Assembly (NCBI GenBank): GCA_017654855.1
Contig: CM030337.1
Coordinates: 2,666,001 to 2,730,000 of the forward strand
DNA: 64,000 nucleotides
DNA from: Podospora anserina
Taxonomy: Eukaryota
Direction of reading: 5' to 3'
The translations under genes were made by a program, and so were the position numbers. A model generated the notes under the pieces. It was not told the origin of the DNA. It saw only the letters and a program-made list of their open reading frames with translations, and searched no databases. Positions 36,930-51,510 of the stretch are shown piece after piece. How positions within the stretch are numbered: the first letter of the stretch is position 1; each line of letters begins with the position of its first letter.

Positions 36930-37180
36930 CCCTCACCACAAAATAATTAGCGGTCGAAAGTAGGTCAAGCCCATATTATCTCACAAACCATACCTCGAAA
37001 GATAATCGTCTTACGTTTAAAAATAGTCAATACGTCTTAAAAGATAGTTCATAAGCCTTGAAAGATAGTTCATAAGCCTTGAAAGATATTTTAAGGGCCT
37101 AATAATGTACTTTTGAGACATGGTTCACAGTATAATATGGGGTTAACTTACCTGCTGTGCCAATTATTCTGTGGGGAGCA
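36930..37180. mobile_element. MITE-like element, family X copy 2 (about 250 bp)
   Basis: Starts TA then CCCTCACCACAAAATAATT (19 bp identical to copy 1); reverse complement of right end CTCCCCACAGAATAATTGGCACAGCAGGTAAGTTAACCCCATATTAT; AT-rich core. Confidence 0.75.
37040..37088 (+). repeat. 21-bp tandem repeat inside the MITE
   Basis: AAAGATAGTTCATAAGCCTTG occurs twice, followed by a partial AAAGATA. Confidence 0.85.
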
Positions 37181-37389
37181 TGCTTGTCTGAATGAATGTT
37201 TTCTCAACCGGGGTTAGGGTTGGAGAGTCATGAAACCCAAATCCAGCGAACCCACGTGACCACGCGCCCCGCCAGCAAAGGTGCGGGGAAGAAACCGCCG
37301 AGCGGGCATGGGCCAGTGGAACTTTGGGAGCCTCACTGAAGCGCTGCGTCTTCAACAAAAGCACAGGATGCCGTCCTGAAGCCGTGGCC

Positions 37390-39669
37390 ATGTCGAGCCT
37401 CAGGTCGTATAGCGACGACGACGACAGCAGCGAGTATGGCTACAACCTGAGCCCGGAGGAGGAAAGACTTCTTTGCGCACTTGCGGACCGCATTTCTCCC
37501 GTGGTTCCAACGTCGGCCCCGCCAGAACCAGCGCCGACGAAAGTTCCAGCGCCCGCACCGCGGATCCCAGCTCCGCGTACGTCACGACCACCGCCCTCCC
37601 CACCCAAGCCCTCCAAGCCCTCCCAACCCACAATAGATTCAAAGGCCCCATCTTCATCATGGGATCCGCCCGTACCCGAAGTTGTTTCGGTCTACAGACC
37701 CCCAACAGTGCCCCAGAATAAACCGAGGCCATCGCAGCTAGTCAAGCCGAGGTGGGACATCAGTGGCGGCATCAAACCCGATGCTTCTCAAGCCGTTGAT
37801 GAAGCGCTCGACGCCCTCAGTGAGAACGACTTGAAATTTGACATCATCCAGCTCACCCCCGAAACGAACCCTCGTACCTATCGTCATGGCTCGGCAAATT
37901 CTAAGCATGTGGGCAGGGAGAGCGGTGACAGTCAGGACAGTGGAATCTGGAATGCGCCGCGCAGCAGTGGCAGCCGTGTGTCTTTCGACGTCAAGCACAA
38001 GACAGCGCGCATGTCTACCGTGGATACAATACCGGACGTCAACTACCCGGACCGTGAGTTGTCTGCCCCCGGCTTTGTCGCCTGTCTAACTGACCAGACA
38101 CCTCGACTAGTGAGTCAGGCGCTTGCTGGCGTCAGCGACACGTCGTTATCTGTGTCGGATGAGAACCCCCAACACATGCTCGAGATAGAAGTCAAGAGAC
38201 TCAATGGCGTTGTTCCGTCGCCCCTCGCCCAGTTTCGATCTTTTCCAAAGAAACCACTGTCTGTTACTGATCTTACAGCCGGGCTATGGTGCGAGTTGCA
38301 GCACTACTACACACTGTCGAGACTTCCGTTTGGCAGAAGGACGCAAACTCCTGCCATGAAGAGGGGCTCCAAGGTTCACGAGAAGCTCGAGCGCGAAGTT
38401 TTTCAGCCCGTTACAGTCACCATCGCTAAAAAGGTGGACAATTTAGGTCTGCAAATGTGGAATGTCATTTTGGGTTTACGAACACTTCGCGATACTGGCT
38501 CAACCCGGGAACTGCAGGTTTGGGGCATGGTAGACGGCAACCTGGTGAACGGTGTCATTGACTACCTCAGCTACGAGAATCCCGATTCCGAACTAGAAGA
38601 GGAGACTCTCAGCAGTCGCGGAAGCCAAACCACCGCCTCACAACGCCTCGCTGACACCATGATGCAAGTCTACATAACCGACATCAAGACTCGTCTCACT
38701 CCCAAGCCCCCGTCTAAACCCCAGGTTCACATGTCCCTGATCCAGCTGTTCCTGTACCACCGTTTTCTCAGTGAGATGGCCTCTGACAAACTCGACTACT
38801 TCCAGATCTTTGGCCGGTACAACTTGAACCCCGAGGAACCCTTCTCAGACTCGTTTATGGCTCAAATGGGCGCTCTGCATGAAGAGGTGTTTGAGAATGG
38901 GGATTCAGAAAGCGAAACGGAAGGGGCGTCAGAATGGGTGTATGAATCCGAAAGCGCCAGGACCACCACTACATCCACGACAACCACCACGACGGAATCC
39001 TCTGCTTATTTCTCTGCCCCGGCGTCACCCGGTGCAGGGAAACGACCCAAGGGTCTCAAGTACGGCAATCTCCAATCGTTGCTAGGGCTTTTGAAGTTTG
39101 AGCTCCAGGTCACCTTTCCACATGGAGCATCGGATATCGGACAGATAGTAGCTGTGGAATATCGCTCTCGAGGCAAGGGGAAGGCACCGGCTGCTGCTGA
39201 GGAAGAAGATGAAGACGAGATAGACAAGGATGAGGGGAGGGTCATCTCCACGACTACGTATTTTGTCGAGCCGGGCACGCTGGATACGTATCTTGCGCAG
39301 ACTATGCCTTGGTGGAAGGGGGAGAGGGAGCCGAGGGGGGTGGAGATGGAGGATGCGTTCAAGTGTGGGTATTGCGAGTTTGCGGGGGAGTGTGAGTGGA
39401 GGGCGAAGATGGATGATGAGGTGGTCAGGAAGGCGAGGGCGAACAGGGCTAGACGAGAAAGGAAGAGGATGAAGGAGGAGGGGGCGGTGGTTGTTGGGGA
39501 GGGGTTGGAGGGGGAGCAGGGGGAGAAGCCGGTTTTGGAGGAGTATAGTGGGGATGTGGAGGAGAGCGCGTCGCAGAGGAAGAAGAAGGGGAAGAAGAGG
39601 GGTGGTGAGGAGAAGAAGAGTAGGAGTAGGAAGAGGCAGAGTGCCAGTCAGGAGGGGATTGCGTGGTGA
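37390..39669 (+). CDS. EXO5: Exonuclease V (Exo5/Dem1); in-frame intron 38054-38110
   Basis: LSVTDLTAGLWCELQ, GSKVHEKLE, RELQVWG, GVIDYL, ITDIKTR and KCGYCEFAGECEW (Fe-S ligands). Confidence 0.9.
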   Translation: MSSLRSYSDDDDSSEYGYNLSPEEERLLCALADRISPVVPTSAPPEPAPTKVPAPAPRIPAPRTSRPPPSPPKPSKPSQPTIDSKAPSSSWDPPVPEVVSVYRPPTVPQNKPRPSQLVKPRWDISGGIKPDASQAVDEALDALSENDLKFDIIQLTPETNPRTYRHGSANSKHVGRESGDSQDSGIWNAPRSSGSRVSFDVKHKTARMSTVDTIPDVNYPDRELSAPGFVACLTDQTPRLVSQALAGVSDTSLSVSDENPQHMLEIEVKRLNGVVPSPLAQFRSFPKKPLSVTDLTAGLWCELQHYYTLSRLPFGRRTQTPAMKRGSKVHEKLEREVFQPVTVTIAKKVDNLGLQMWNVILGLRTLRDTGSTRELQVWGMVDGNLVNGVIDYLSYENPDSELEEETLSSRGSQTTASQRLADTMMQVYITDIKTRLTPKPPSKPQVHMSLIQLFLYHRFLSEMASDKLDYFQIFGRYNLNPEEPFSDSFMAQMGALHEEVFENGDSESETEGASEWVYESESARTTTTSTTTTTTESSAYFSAPASPGAGKRPKGLKYGNLQSLLGLLKFELQVTFPHGASDIGQIVAVEYRSRGKGKAPAAAEEEDEDEIDKDEGRVISTTTYFVEPGTLDTYLAQTMPWWKGEREPRGVEMEDAFKCGYCEFAGECEWRAKMDDEVVRKARANRARRERKRMKEEGAVVVGEGLEGEQGEKPVLEEYSGDVEESASQRKKKGKKRGGEEKKSRSRKRQSASQEGIAW

Positions 39670-40665
39670 TGGTCAAAGCGGAAGAAAAGAAACCAAGAGA
39701 GATTGCCTCGGTAACGGGGAGTGAAACAAGTGTGCTGGAGATGGGGATGGACTTTGGAGGCTATATATGGTGTTCATGAGGAACGACAAGGAGAACTGCT
39801 TTGGAGTAATCTTTTGGACGGAAGGCAAGTGGATGTTGGGACACCATATATACGGAGTGGTGATTTTCATCGCGCGGGGAATGAGATGAGGACATGAGGG
39901 ACCCTGCTGAGTTTGACTCTAGTTTGACATTGTGAAAAGAGATAAGATGTGTAGAAGGGGTGGAAAGAAAAAGGAGGAAAAAGAGAGAGGATCACCCACC
40001 CTTTATCATCTCCCTCGCCATCACAACACAGCAGCAGAGTTTCTCTTCCTCTTTGCTAGCTCTTGTGCGGTGGTTGCTGTTGGCTGGGTAGGTGCTGGCG
40101 GGTTGGTGGTCTTCTCTCTTCTGCGATGACGAGAGAGCTTGGAAGGCAATTTTGGAAAAGCAATTAGCGATGGATACCCGGGCTTATGACTATATTCTTT
40201 TCTTTACAGTCAATTTCAGCACATCATCATTTTGGGAACATTTTTTTGTGTTGTTATAGGTTGTTTGGTTGTTGTTGTTTGTTCATCATTACTCTTTCTC
40301 TTTAGTCTACACTACTACCCATGTCTGCCTCTACCGCCAACAAACCAGTCCTTGTTCTATCCATCATGTCCCTATCCTACAATTCCCCTTCCTGGTGTTA
40401 ACAGCTGCCAAGAAAGAAGAAGAAAAAGACAAAACTGCACAATGCATGCTCGCTTGCTTTTCAAACTTTGCCATCCCACACCCACCCAATTTTGATAGGT
40501 ACCCAAACTTTCCCATCCCGGCTTGCAAACAGAAAAGAGCCTTTCCCATATGTACTGATTCATTCCTTTTGTGACAGGTCCAACCCCTTCCAAAAAAAAA
40601 CAAAAAAAAAGCGCATAATCATAAGTCATTTCCCTCATCATCCACTTTCGGCATACCCCAGAGCC

Positions 40666-43180
40666 TCAAACAAACTCCCCACTTCCCCCTCCCGTCCCCG
40701 TCCTCTTATGATTAGGCGGCTGCGGTGGCGGTTTACTATCCGCCCTCCCTCTCCTCCTCCCCTTCTTGCCACTCCCTGACCCAGAACTACTCCCCCCACT
40801 CCCACTCCCACTCCCACTCCCACTCCCACTCCTCTCCCTCGGCCTCTCCTTCTCCCCCTCCATACTCCTCCGCTCCTTAAACCTCTGCCTCCTCTCCTCA
40901 TAAGCCTTCAGCTCATCCTTTTCCACATCTTTTTCCGTCTTCTTCCTCGGAGGGGAAGTATTAGTATACCCCTGCGTAATACTATGCCCATACTCCCTCG
41001 CCTTCCTATCACCCCCATCCCCCCCAACAAAAGGTCTCTTCTCCTGAACATGCTGCTGCTCATCCTCGCTGTCCTCCTCTTCCTCCTCTTCGGAAAACCG
41101 CTGAATCTGCAGAGCAGGCATCGACTTGGCGGCCAAAGGATGGGGCTTAACCAGCCCTAACCTCTCCTCCTCCGTCGCGCCCGTGATGCGCACCTGAGGG
41201 GACGAGTACCCCCTCGAGTTGAGTCCGCTTCTCTGCGGGCTGCCGCCACTCTCCAACGCCCCGTCGATGGACTGGGCTTGGTTGCGTTTGAAAATGTTTT
41301 GAAAGGAAAACTGGCGCTTTGCAGAGTGAGGCGGGGGGGTGGGTGGTGATGGGAGGGGGTGTTCGCCCTCGTTGTATTCCGGGAACTGGACCCGCCGTTT
41401 GGAACTCGAGGCGCTAGCTGTCGTTCCTGCTCTGGTTTGTCTTGCTGCTCCCAGTGGGTGCAGGAAATCATCTGATGGGTTGTTGGAAGAAGCGGGATTG
41501 TCCTGACCTGGCACTGCTATCGAGGTCAACTGGACGGGGTGCATTGGGCTTTGCACCTTTGTGGTGGAGGGGTTGTTGCTGGGCTTGTAGTCGGGGTGCC
41601 CTGGGAGGAGGGCAGACCGGGCGCGGCTGCGGATCGTGCCCATTATGCTAGAGAGGGCAGGCGAGACAGGTCTACTGGCCTCGGCGAGCTCCTCCTCGGT
41701 GGGGAAGTGTGACCAGCCGAGTGGAGGGTGAGGTGTAGGAGGAGCGAGAAAGGGGGCGCCAGAGGGCGCGGGGGAGGCACCAACACCGGTGCCGGGACGA
41801 GTGCGGTGACTGCTGAAGGTTCCGGTGCGCCTTCTTCGTAGACCGTCCCATTCGTAGAGAGGAGCTCCATTTTCGCTGACAGGGGCAAGACTCTCTTGAA
41901 TCTTCTCCTCGTGCAATCGTTTGAGCTCCTCCAATTCCATCTTTTGTCTCGCGGATGACAGGCGCCTGACAATGGCAGCGGTGCCTCTAATGGCGTCCGC
42001 CTTGGGCTCGGTTTCGGGCTGGGGCTGCTCGGCAATGGTCTGGATTTGGTCGAGGTCACCGGCAAAGACGGCAGTGTCTGGGACGTCCTTGGCGGACTTG
42101 GACAGCTGCAGGAGAACAACCCCCGAGCAAATAACCAAGAATCCCATCACCACGGTGATAATCGATGTCGGTGTGCCATTGAAACCTCTAAACAGGATTG
42201 CCGAGGTGATAATGGTGGTACTGGTAAAGTAGACATAGTAGGTGGGGGTAACCAAGGCGGCGTTGAACAAATTGAGCGCTTTCTGCATAAAGGTGTCAAA
42301 ACTCCGTCGGGTCCAGGGGTGGCAAGAAGGAGTTGCAAAGGATTTCACCAAAGCCCCGTCGGCGTCGTTGGAAAAGGGGGTATATAAGGGAGGCACTCAC
42401 GTTGAGGTAAATAATCTCGGTCAAGAGCGTAGCAATAACGAAAACCAACAGCACATACAAAAACCACTGGTTGAACTGAGGCTTTCCTCCCGCCTGGGCG
42501 ATGATGGCGGCTCCCAGTCCCTGCGTCGCCACAACGCTCAGTCCGCCGATCCAACTGCAGATGGAAATGTACACCATCATATTCTTGGCGCCATACTTTG
42601 GTCCCAGCCAAAATGCGACAATAGCGCTGCCGACGATAATGACGCCCGCATAGCTCAAAAACAGCGGATGTACGACGAAGCCTTGCATGTCCTGGATGTC
42701 CTTAACAGCCGATGTTTGTGGTGCATTCATGACGATGACAACCGACCCAACGATACACAGAAAACAAGCAACCTTGCCGACCATGCTCAAGCGCTCCTTC
42801 AAGAAAATGGCCGACAAGATGGTGGTGATGACGACCGACAGGGCTCCCAGAGGGGTGACCAGAATGGCATCGGTGAAGGCGTACGCAGCGAAATTGAGTC
42901 CCTCGCCCAAGATCATCAGGATCATGCCCGCCCACCAGTAAAAGTTCTTGAGATACCCATATCCCTCGCCAGCCACCTCGTTGTACTTTTGGTTGGCGCG
43001 AAGCAGGCCGACCTTTTTGAGCACGAACGAGGTACCGATGAAGGCGCCGGAGCCAATGGCGAGGCCTATGCCGATCGCCTTGAACACGGGGGGTCTCTCG
43101 GAGGCGGGTGGCCCGGCGCCGCCGCCGGCGCGGATGTAGAGTTGTTGCACATGGTCGATCGCCTGTGCTGCATGCTCCAT
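40666..43180 (-). CDS. Magnesium transporter, NIPA/DUF803 family; intron 42283-42400
   Basis: AFIGTSFVLKKVGL, YLKNFYWWAGM, NFAAYAF, LVTPLGALSV, TEIIYLN joined to KALNLFNAALVTPTYYV; long disordered C-terminal tail. Confidence 0.94.
40795..40831 (+). repeat. (CCCACT)n hexamer microsatellite encoding the Ser-Gly run of the NIPA tail
   Basis: About six tandem CCCACT units. Confidence 0.8.
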
Positions 43181-44973
43181 GGTGTGGGTTGCGCTGGTCG
43201 TTGGCGCAACAAGCGACTCGACCGTCGCTGACCTGGTTCGAATACCGAGGGTTCTTCTATCGCTGGTCTCTCGAGCAGTCTCTGGTCTGGGGCGGCAGCT
43301 ATTACGGTTGGAAGAGAGGTTTCGAAAAGGTGGTTTGCGTTATCAGGTGCGATGGAGGAAGCGGCATGAACTTTTCGTATTTGCTCTCGGAATACAAACG
43401 ATTGACAACACAGGGGGCTAGAACGGGCCAAGTAAGGTGTTCGTAGGGGAATGATTCGGGGTGTGGGAACAGGTTGAGACGATGGTTGTACGAGAGCAGG
43501 CGATATCGCGCGCTGGGTGTCTGTCGAGTCTCGCTCCTGGTTGCTGGTGCAATGACGACGACCTTGTTCGACAGGGGGGGAGTGAGATGGAGCTCTCCAC
43601 ACAAAAAAAAACACACAAGCAGCTTCAGGGACTGAAACAACCAAAACAACACTGGGAAAAATGCAAGAAATCGCAAAAGACACCAAGACACAGGAAGGTC
43701 GAGAACAGAGATTGGGATGATGGAACGGAGGACCCTTTGACGCCCAGCGACGCACAAGGGACACCGGCGCAAAAACTTGCTTGCACCAGAGGGGGCAGGT
43801 GCAGGCCGCAGACTGGGGGGGGTTGAGGTGGTGGGGTTTCTGCGCCACCAGCTTGGGGTTCTGGGCTTCTGGCCCGGTAACCGAACCGTTGACCCCTGCC
43901 CGCCCAAAACTATGGGGTTCGCTTCGTTTTGGGCAGTTCAATCGTGAAACCACTGATCGCAAGACTTTACTTTTATATCTTCTACAACAACTCAACTCTT
44001 TTATCGTGCTGTTGGCGTCATGTTTGTTCTGTTCGTATGTACTCAAAATCAGACCATTGCCAGACTCCTCTTTCTTCCTCACTTCTCCTCCCCTCCCCTC
44101 GTGTTCTCCCCCACCTATCCCGCTCATAGCTCCGTGACTTCACTCCACTCTTCAGCTCCTCTCTTGTGCAGCTGCATCTGCAATCTGCATCTAGCGATAG
44201 GCGTATCATCCGTCTTTCCCCCCAGTTTCCCCCGTAGTCTATCACTTCTATCTCTAGATAGAATCCCCCTTCGCCGTGCAGCTGCGCAAAGGGTCGTCGT
44301 CATTCAGCGGCATCAGTGGCTAACCGCCATACCCACCCTGAGCGAGCGCCTCGCCAGACAGTGACGATGATGTCAACTGGGCCACGGAACACCTGCAGAT
44401 CCCCAGGATTGATAGGGTGGCACGCCTTGGATGTGAGACCTGGTTTCGCAGCCACATGCATGAGTGATCTTCCAATTGATGGCTTGCCAATCAATCCTTG
44501 GTCGCCCGTTGACAAGCTTTTGACCCGGGCCCGTTTGACGGTTGGCATCCAATGTCCAACGCCGGCCGGGCCTTTTTTTCGTCTGATGTTGTTGGCACCG
44601 AGTCCCCGGAGTTGTATGCCCGATGGGTAAACATAGCTGTCGGACACGGGTTGATAGTGCAGCCCGGGTAAAGGGATGCAGACCGAGCACAGCACCAACA
44701 CCGAACCCAACACTTTAGATAACCAACGGCATCTTTTATTAGGCCAACGGACCACAGTCGAATGTTGGACACTTCCACATGCAACGGAGGACGTCTCAAC
44801 GATGGGCAACCTGCACTAACAGATTTCGGTGGAGTGTACGCGAGGATCTGTTAGTGGGCTACCCCTGAACCCCTGACGAGCAATCAAGAGTCTCAACAGT
44901 CGCCCGAGCACAACACCAAGCGCTTGGAACTGGATATTTCCAACTTATCTCCAGTATAAACGCCTGGAGCTTA

Positions 44974-46108
44974 CTACCAAGGCAAAACACCCCCATCCCA
45001 CCTCCAAAACTGCCCCGAATTCTCCATCGTCAACTTGTCAATCTACCTTGATGTCAGCACTTCTCCAACTATGATACTAAGGGTAACATACCTGCTCAAC
45101 AACCCCCCTCGCACTCTCCCCCACCCCCAAAGGCGGCCCCGCCTCAAACCCAACCGCATCCGCCAGCCCCTGTCCCATCTCCGTTTTCACCCACCTAGGT
45201 AGGTACTCATCATCAGCATCTCCATTCCCACTCCCAACACTTGACAAAAAACTCACCCCGGATGAACAACCCCAACCACCACCCCCTTTCGCTGCATCTT
45301 AAGTTCCGCCCTCAACTTCATCACCCACCACCCCACCCCACATTTACTCAACCCATACCCCCCACAAACCAACATCCCCCCCTCCACCTCCCCCTCCGGT
45401 GTCACCAAACCCCCTATACTCCCCACCGAACTCCCAATCACGACAAACTTCCCCCCTTCCTTCTCCAACAGCGGCCATAGTGCTTTGAACAATCTGATTG
45501 GGCCGAGGGTGTTGACATTAAGGTCAGCGAGGTACTCTTCCTCTGTCGTGTCAAAGACTGATTTAAAACCTGTGGCCGAGCCGGCGTTTGCGATGAGGGT
45601 GTTGATGTGGGTGATGCCGAGGGATTGGAGGCGGGAGGGTAGGGTAGATGATGATATCTCATCTTTTGCGTCGTCGAGAAGAATAGGGATGACGCAGCTG
45701 GTGGCATGGTGGGGGGTTGTAGCATCGAAGGGGGAGGGAGTGGAAAAGGAGCGGGTTGTGGCGATGATGGTTGTTTTGGGGCGGGCGGAGAGGAGTTTGA
45801 CGATGGCGAGGCCGATCCCTGATAAAAGGAGGAAGGTTAGTTAGTTGGGTGGTGCTTGATATTGGTGGGTGGGTGGTGGGTGACAAATACTGGGGGGAAC
45901 AGAGGAAAGGTATGAGGAGCTATAAAGAGACTGTGAAAGTGTTATGGAAGGGGGCAGTGGTAAAGGGTTAATGCAAAAGGCAGATGAGGGAGATGACGCG
46001 GGGTTGGGATGTGCCAAGATGGCAGTGTCAGCAAAGAAAAAGGGGTAAGTAAATACCCCTATTCGCCCCAGTGACCAAGTAAACAGTGTTGGAAGAGTGA
46101 TCGGCCAT
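44974..46108 (-). CDS. Short-chain dehydrogenase/reductase (Nor-1/C-factor-like); introns 45819-46056, 45195-45256, 45043-45091
   Basis: Spliced product MADHSSNTVYLVTGANRGIG...LIANAG...VNTLGP...GSSVGSIG...YGLSK...VHPGWVKTEMG...SGQFWRWDGGVLPW*. Confidence 0.9.
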
Positions 46109-46758
46109 TTTGCTCGGGTTGACAGCGGCGACAACGACAAAAACGCTGCAATACTGTCAAGGTCAATTGCGTACAACACAAAGAAGATGAGCAAAGGATG
46201 GAGCAGACACTGAGAAGTAGAGCAAGCAATGGAGAGGGTAGCAAGCGAACAAGACAAGACAGCTGAAGCCGACCGACAAGTGTGATCTCACGAGAACCAC
46301 GGCACAGAGAGAAAGGGAAAAAGAAAAAGAGGAGAGCAGGATGAGGAACAAAAACGAATGGTTTAAATACCCTGAGACAGAACCCGCGACCAATGATATT
46401 CCCCCTCATCATGCGTGACCACCCATCCATCCATTGCTGCCCTCGGGGCTGTCGCGTCGGGCGGGGGCGAGTTGGTCCGAGAGGAAGGGCTTGGCCGCAT
46501 TGTCATCACTCATCCCGTCCGCCACACCGAAGCGCATTTCCACAATGATCCATAACGATACCAAAAAACATCTTCAATTGCGTGCCATCTGCGATCGCAT
46601 GAAATAAAATACAGAATAGTCTCAACAATCCCACCCAAAACGCGCTGTCCGCCCAATGTGGTATCCCGCTCATAACCAAAAACGCCAGAGTACTCCAGCC
46701 CTAACATAGGAACGAAAAGGATAAAGATGTCATGTACATTCCCACAAACAAGAAAAGG

Positions 46759-48474
46759 TCAAGCCTTGATGACCCATCCAGCATTCACCATAAAGTCAAA
46801 GATGCGCCCTCCCTTTTGTGTATCCAGCCTGCAGATTTCCTTGGCCTGCTTCTTCTTCAAGCTGCCGTTGCTCTTGACGGCCTCCTTCAAAATCTGCTCC
46901 TTGATCATCAGATAAGGCTTCGGCTGCAAGCGCAACGTCTCGCAGAGCTTCGCTTCCTCCGGTGTCAAAAGATGGAGATCAGGTGCGTTGTCTTGCGATA
47001 ACAGCAATGGCTGGATGCCTGGAATCGGTTGCGCCACAAACTTCTGTTTCGCTGGCGTGCCATTGGCAACCACCATGCTGCCTCCGTTGATGTGGTTCCC
47101 GTTGACCTGGTTTTCCTTGCCCTCGATCTTGATCCCGCCATTCACCGCATCGCCATTTGTGCCTCCGACTGACGCTGCCGACCGGATGGGAAGCTCTGGC
47201 GCGACCAGCAGGGCGGCGCCGCTTGGTGGTTCCGGTGGTGGCTGGTTCTTGCCACGTTGGTTTGCTGCTAGGCGGTCTCGGTCCATGGATCCCATAGGTA
47301 TCGACTTCTGAATCCGCAATGCCTTCTCCTGCTCGTACTTCTCGCCGCTCTTGAGGTCACCAATGCGCATGCTTCGCCATTCTTGCAACTGAGCAATGGC
47401 TTGCCGTAGGTTGAGTTCGTCAATCAGCCCCTGACAAAAATTCTCGAAATCTTCCCGGTTCATCATGCGTGCGAACGGCTTCGCCTTGTTGATCAGGTCC
47501 CTCTCTTCCTTGGACCGCTTCTTTTCTATTTTGCTGTTTTCTCGGTAATCCAAAAGATTGTGTTCGAAGATGACCTTCTTCCGTTCGGCTCTCTGTGTTA
47601 ACCTGCAGTTGTAGATTTCCATAACTGTGAGCTTGAGCTCCATCTCTGGCTCGAGCTCGCCGGTGCGTGGGTTGATGCCATCGCCTGGGTCGAATTGCAT
47701 GAGTTGTACTGCTTCTTCAGCCTCGTTGGCATATTCTGTCTCGAACTCCAATCGACCGGGCATGTACCCCTGGATTTCGTGACAAGACGGCACACTAGCC
47801 GTCGGTTTCGTCTTTGGTTGCAGAGCTGGGGCATTCTTTGCAGCCTCTCGTCGCTCTTCGATCCTGCGCTTCTTGCGAGACTGGAACTCTTCTCTCGAAA
47901 TCTCGTTTGCCAGTTCCATATCGTGAGGGCTGCATCGTTTCGGAAGCGGAAAGTTTTCGGACTCGATGTACGCCTTGTAATAGTGGTCGCGAACCTCATC
48001 CTTGCTACGGTAGCCACCAATATGATCGGCAATGTCGGCCCAGGACCCTAAGCCATATATCTCGGCTCCTTCTAGGAGTAGCAGTTCCTCGTCGGCGCCC
48101 CATTCGCGATCAAATATGGGGAAGGAATTCTGTTCGATAACTCGGAAGGGGTGGGTGGCAGGCTGGTGGGAACCGCTGGAGGAGCCATTGGCGAAGCATT
48201 GTACACAAAGATCGTACTCATTGCAAGCGCTGTGTGCGCATCGTATCCGGACCTGCCGGGAAAGCTGTTAGCTTGGGGGTGCTCGACGGTTGTGTTGTCG
48301 ACCCCACAGTTGCTCCGACAGGAGACGAGATGCGGCTCGAGCCGGCCATCGCGGGGTAGTAACGGCAGCTGGATGACTTACAGTAGAAGTGATATCTGCA
48401 GAGCAAACGTCGCAAACATACTTGACACCGCCCTCACCGCCTCTGGCAGCAATCTTTTTGCGAATGACACCCAT
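46759..48474 (-). CDS. ADA2: Transcriptional adapter 2 (SAGA subunit); intron 48253-48381
   Basis: ZZ finger [38 protein letters not shown] domain [22 protein letters not shown], and C-terminal SWIRM domain. Confidence 0.97.
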
Positions 48475-49487
48475 TGTGAGTGTGACGAGACGGGCTGGCG
48501 CGGGCGCGGGCGCAAAATGATGCGGATGCGGATGGAGAGCTGTCTTTTGGTGGAGCGACAACTATTGGACAGGGGCCAAGCAAAGACAATCGATGAATCA
48601 AGCACGCCTAAAACTGCCAAAAGGCACGCGGAAAACCCACGGGAAAGCGGGAATGTGATTGCGCATACAGGAAAGAGATGGAGGCGACGCGTACTTTTGA
48701 TGATTCTTGGTGGTGAGGGATCCGAATTTGATGGAATGGGCGCGTGTGGTGATGGACATTGATGTTGCGATCGAGGGTCAATCCTGGACAAGGCAGCTGC
48801 GCGATGCCACTTTGGGGACACGGACCTTTGCGGAGAAGCTGCCGAGGATCAGCCGGCCTTGGAATGTGTCAGCCGGCTGGTCTGTGCATCGCTTCGGCCT
48901 GTCCTTCCCCGAGCTGTCGACGGATGATGTCACAACCCTAACCCATTGCTAGCCGCTCATCGTCGAACGAATTGTTGCTTCAGAGCTGTTCGCCCTGGTT
49001 AATCTTTACGTTATACACAATTACGAGAGTGTAGGCTGGGAGTACTGCGGCATTGTCGCTTGACTAGCGATCTGGTATAAATTTGATATGATCACATGCT
49101 TCGTAACTCAGGCAGGACCTTGACATGATTGGGAGTAAGGCAGGAGCAGCTATTCCCGTAGAGCTCTTTGCAACAGAACATGATTCCCGGAAAATGAAAA
49201 CTCAATGGCCACAAGTGCGGCACTAATTAATACCGCCGGAACAGCGCCGAATCTGCGAATCTGAAAACTCGATCTCATCCAGTGACCCCGCCTCATGCTG
49301 TCGCCAAACTGGCAAGTGTGACCCAGCAGTGTGGGCGCGGGGTTATTTGCTGCAAGATGCTGTGAGAACAACCAAATGCAAACGCCGCTTCTTCTCATCC
49401 CAGACCCTGCATATTAGTAGTGCTTCGACTGCATCTTATTCCTTTCCATCAACCTCACCTCATCGAAATTCACAGTCACCTCTTTAA

Positions 49488-50765
<1,278 letters not shown>

Positions 50766-50914
50766 GAAAGGCAACAACAGGTGGTATTATTGATATTAGA
50801 CAGCTGCTAGACGCCTGATTACGGAGTCCCTATAAACACGAGGGGATGCTCGTTTCCGTGTTGTATTATACAACCTTTTTTAACACATACACTCCTGACC
50901 CCCTTTCAGCTGAC

Positions 50915-51510
50915 TTAGACAACGTAGTTGCTGTACTGGAGCAGCATCCAAGTGGTACCGCCGTAGGCAGCGAGGAAGGGGAAGATTTGAGGCCCACTGA
51001 ACCGGATGGTCTTGAAGATGAGCATCTCAGAGGTGAAGTGAACGGCGGCAATGACGTGGGTGAGGATGCCCATCTGGTACAGAGCGTAGTTCTCGGGTTG
51101 GTAGCTGGCGTAGAGCCGGATGATGCCGGCGACGAAGGTGTAGGTGCCAAAGACACGAGCGGCCAGGGGAGTGACCTGGTCCTTGGCCTTCTCGGCGTCC
51201 TTGCCGGAGGCGGGCTTGAGGATGTTGGTGCTGTCCTCGGGACTGTGCTTGCCCGTGGCTGGGGGCAGCGCGTGGTTCGGGACGAAGCGGCCGTTGTAGA
51301 TGCGCCGGGTGTAGTGGAGGGTTACGTAGTTTTGGAGAGCGTTGCCCATGGACACGATGGAGATCTAGAAGGAGGATCGAAGTTAGTGGACGGTGCATTG
51401 TTGATGCCGTGTTGGTCCGAGGGTTCCCGGCAGGTGCGACTTACGAACCACAGGTAATAGGGGAGGATGCCCTTTTCTCCCGAGGGGAGGAATGCTTTGA
51501 GTTGGTCCAT
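50915..51510 (-). CDS. ERG28: Ergosterol biosynthesis scaffold Erg28; intron 51365-51444
   Basis: GILPYYLWFISIVSMGNALQNY...VTPLAARVFGTYT...IRLYASY...HFTSEMLIFKT...WMLLQY. Confidence 0.92.

Noticed and set aside
37040-37088. CRISPR-like repeats
   Set aside because: The repeats are contiguous with no spacers, in a eukaryotic context.
43066-44127. 353-aa ORF upstream of the NIPA gene
   Set aside because: Low-information translation spanning a probable 5' UTR and promoter, with no domain signal.
45819-46056. Stwintron or hidden exon in the long 238-nt SDR intron, which has a second GTATTT near 45890
   Set aside because: A split-donor two-step excision shifts the frame, and an extra exon would interrupt TGANRGIG. 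No snoRNA boxes were recognised.
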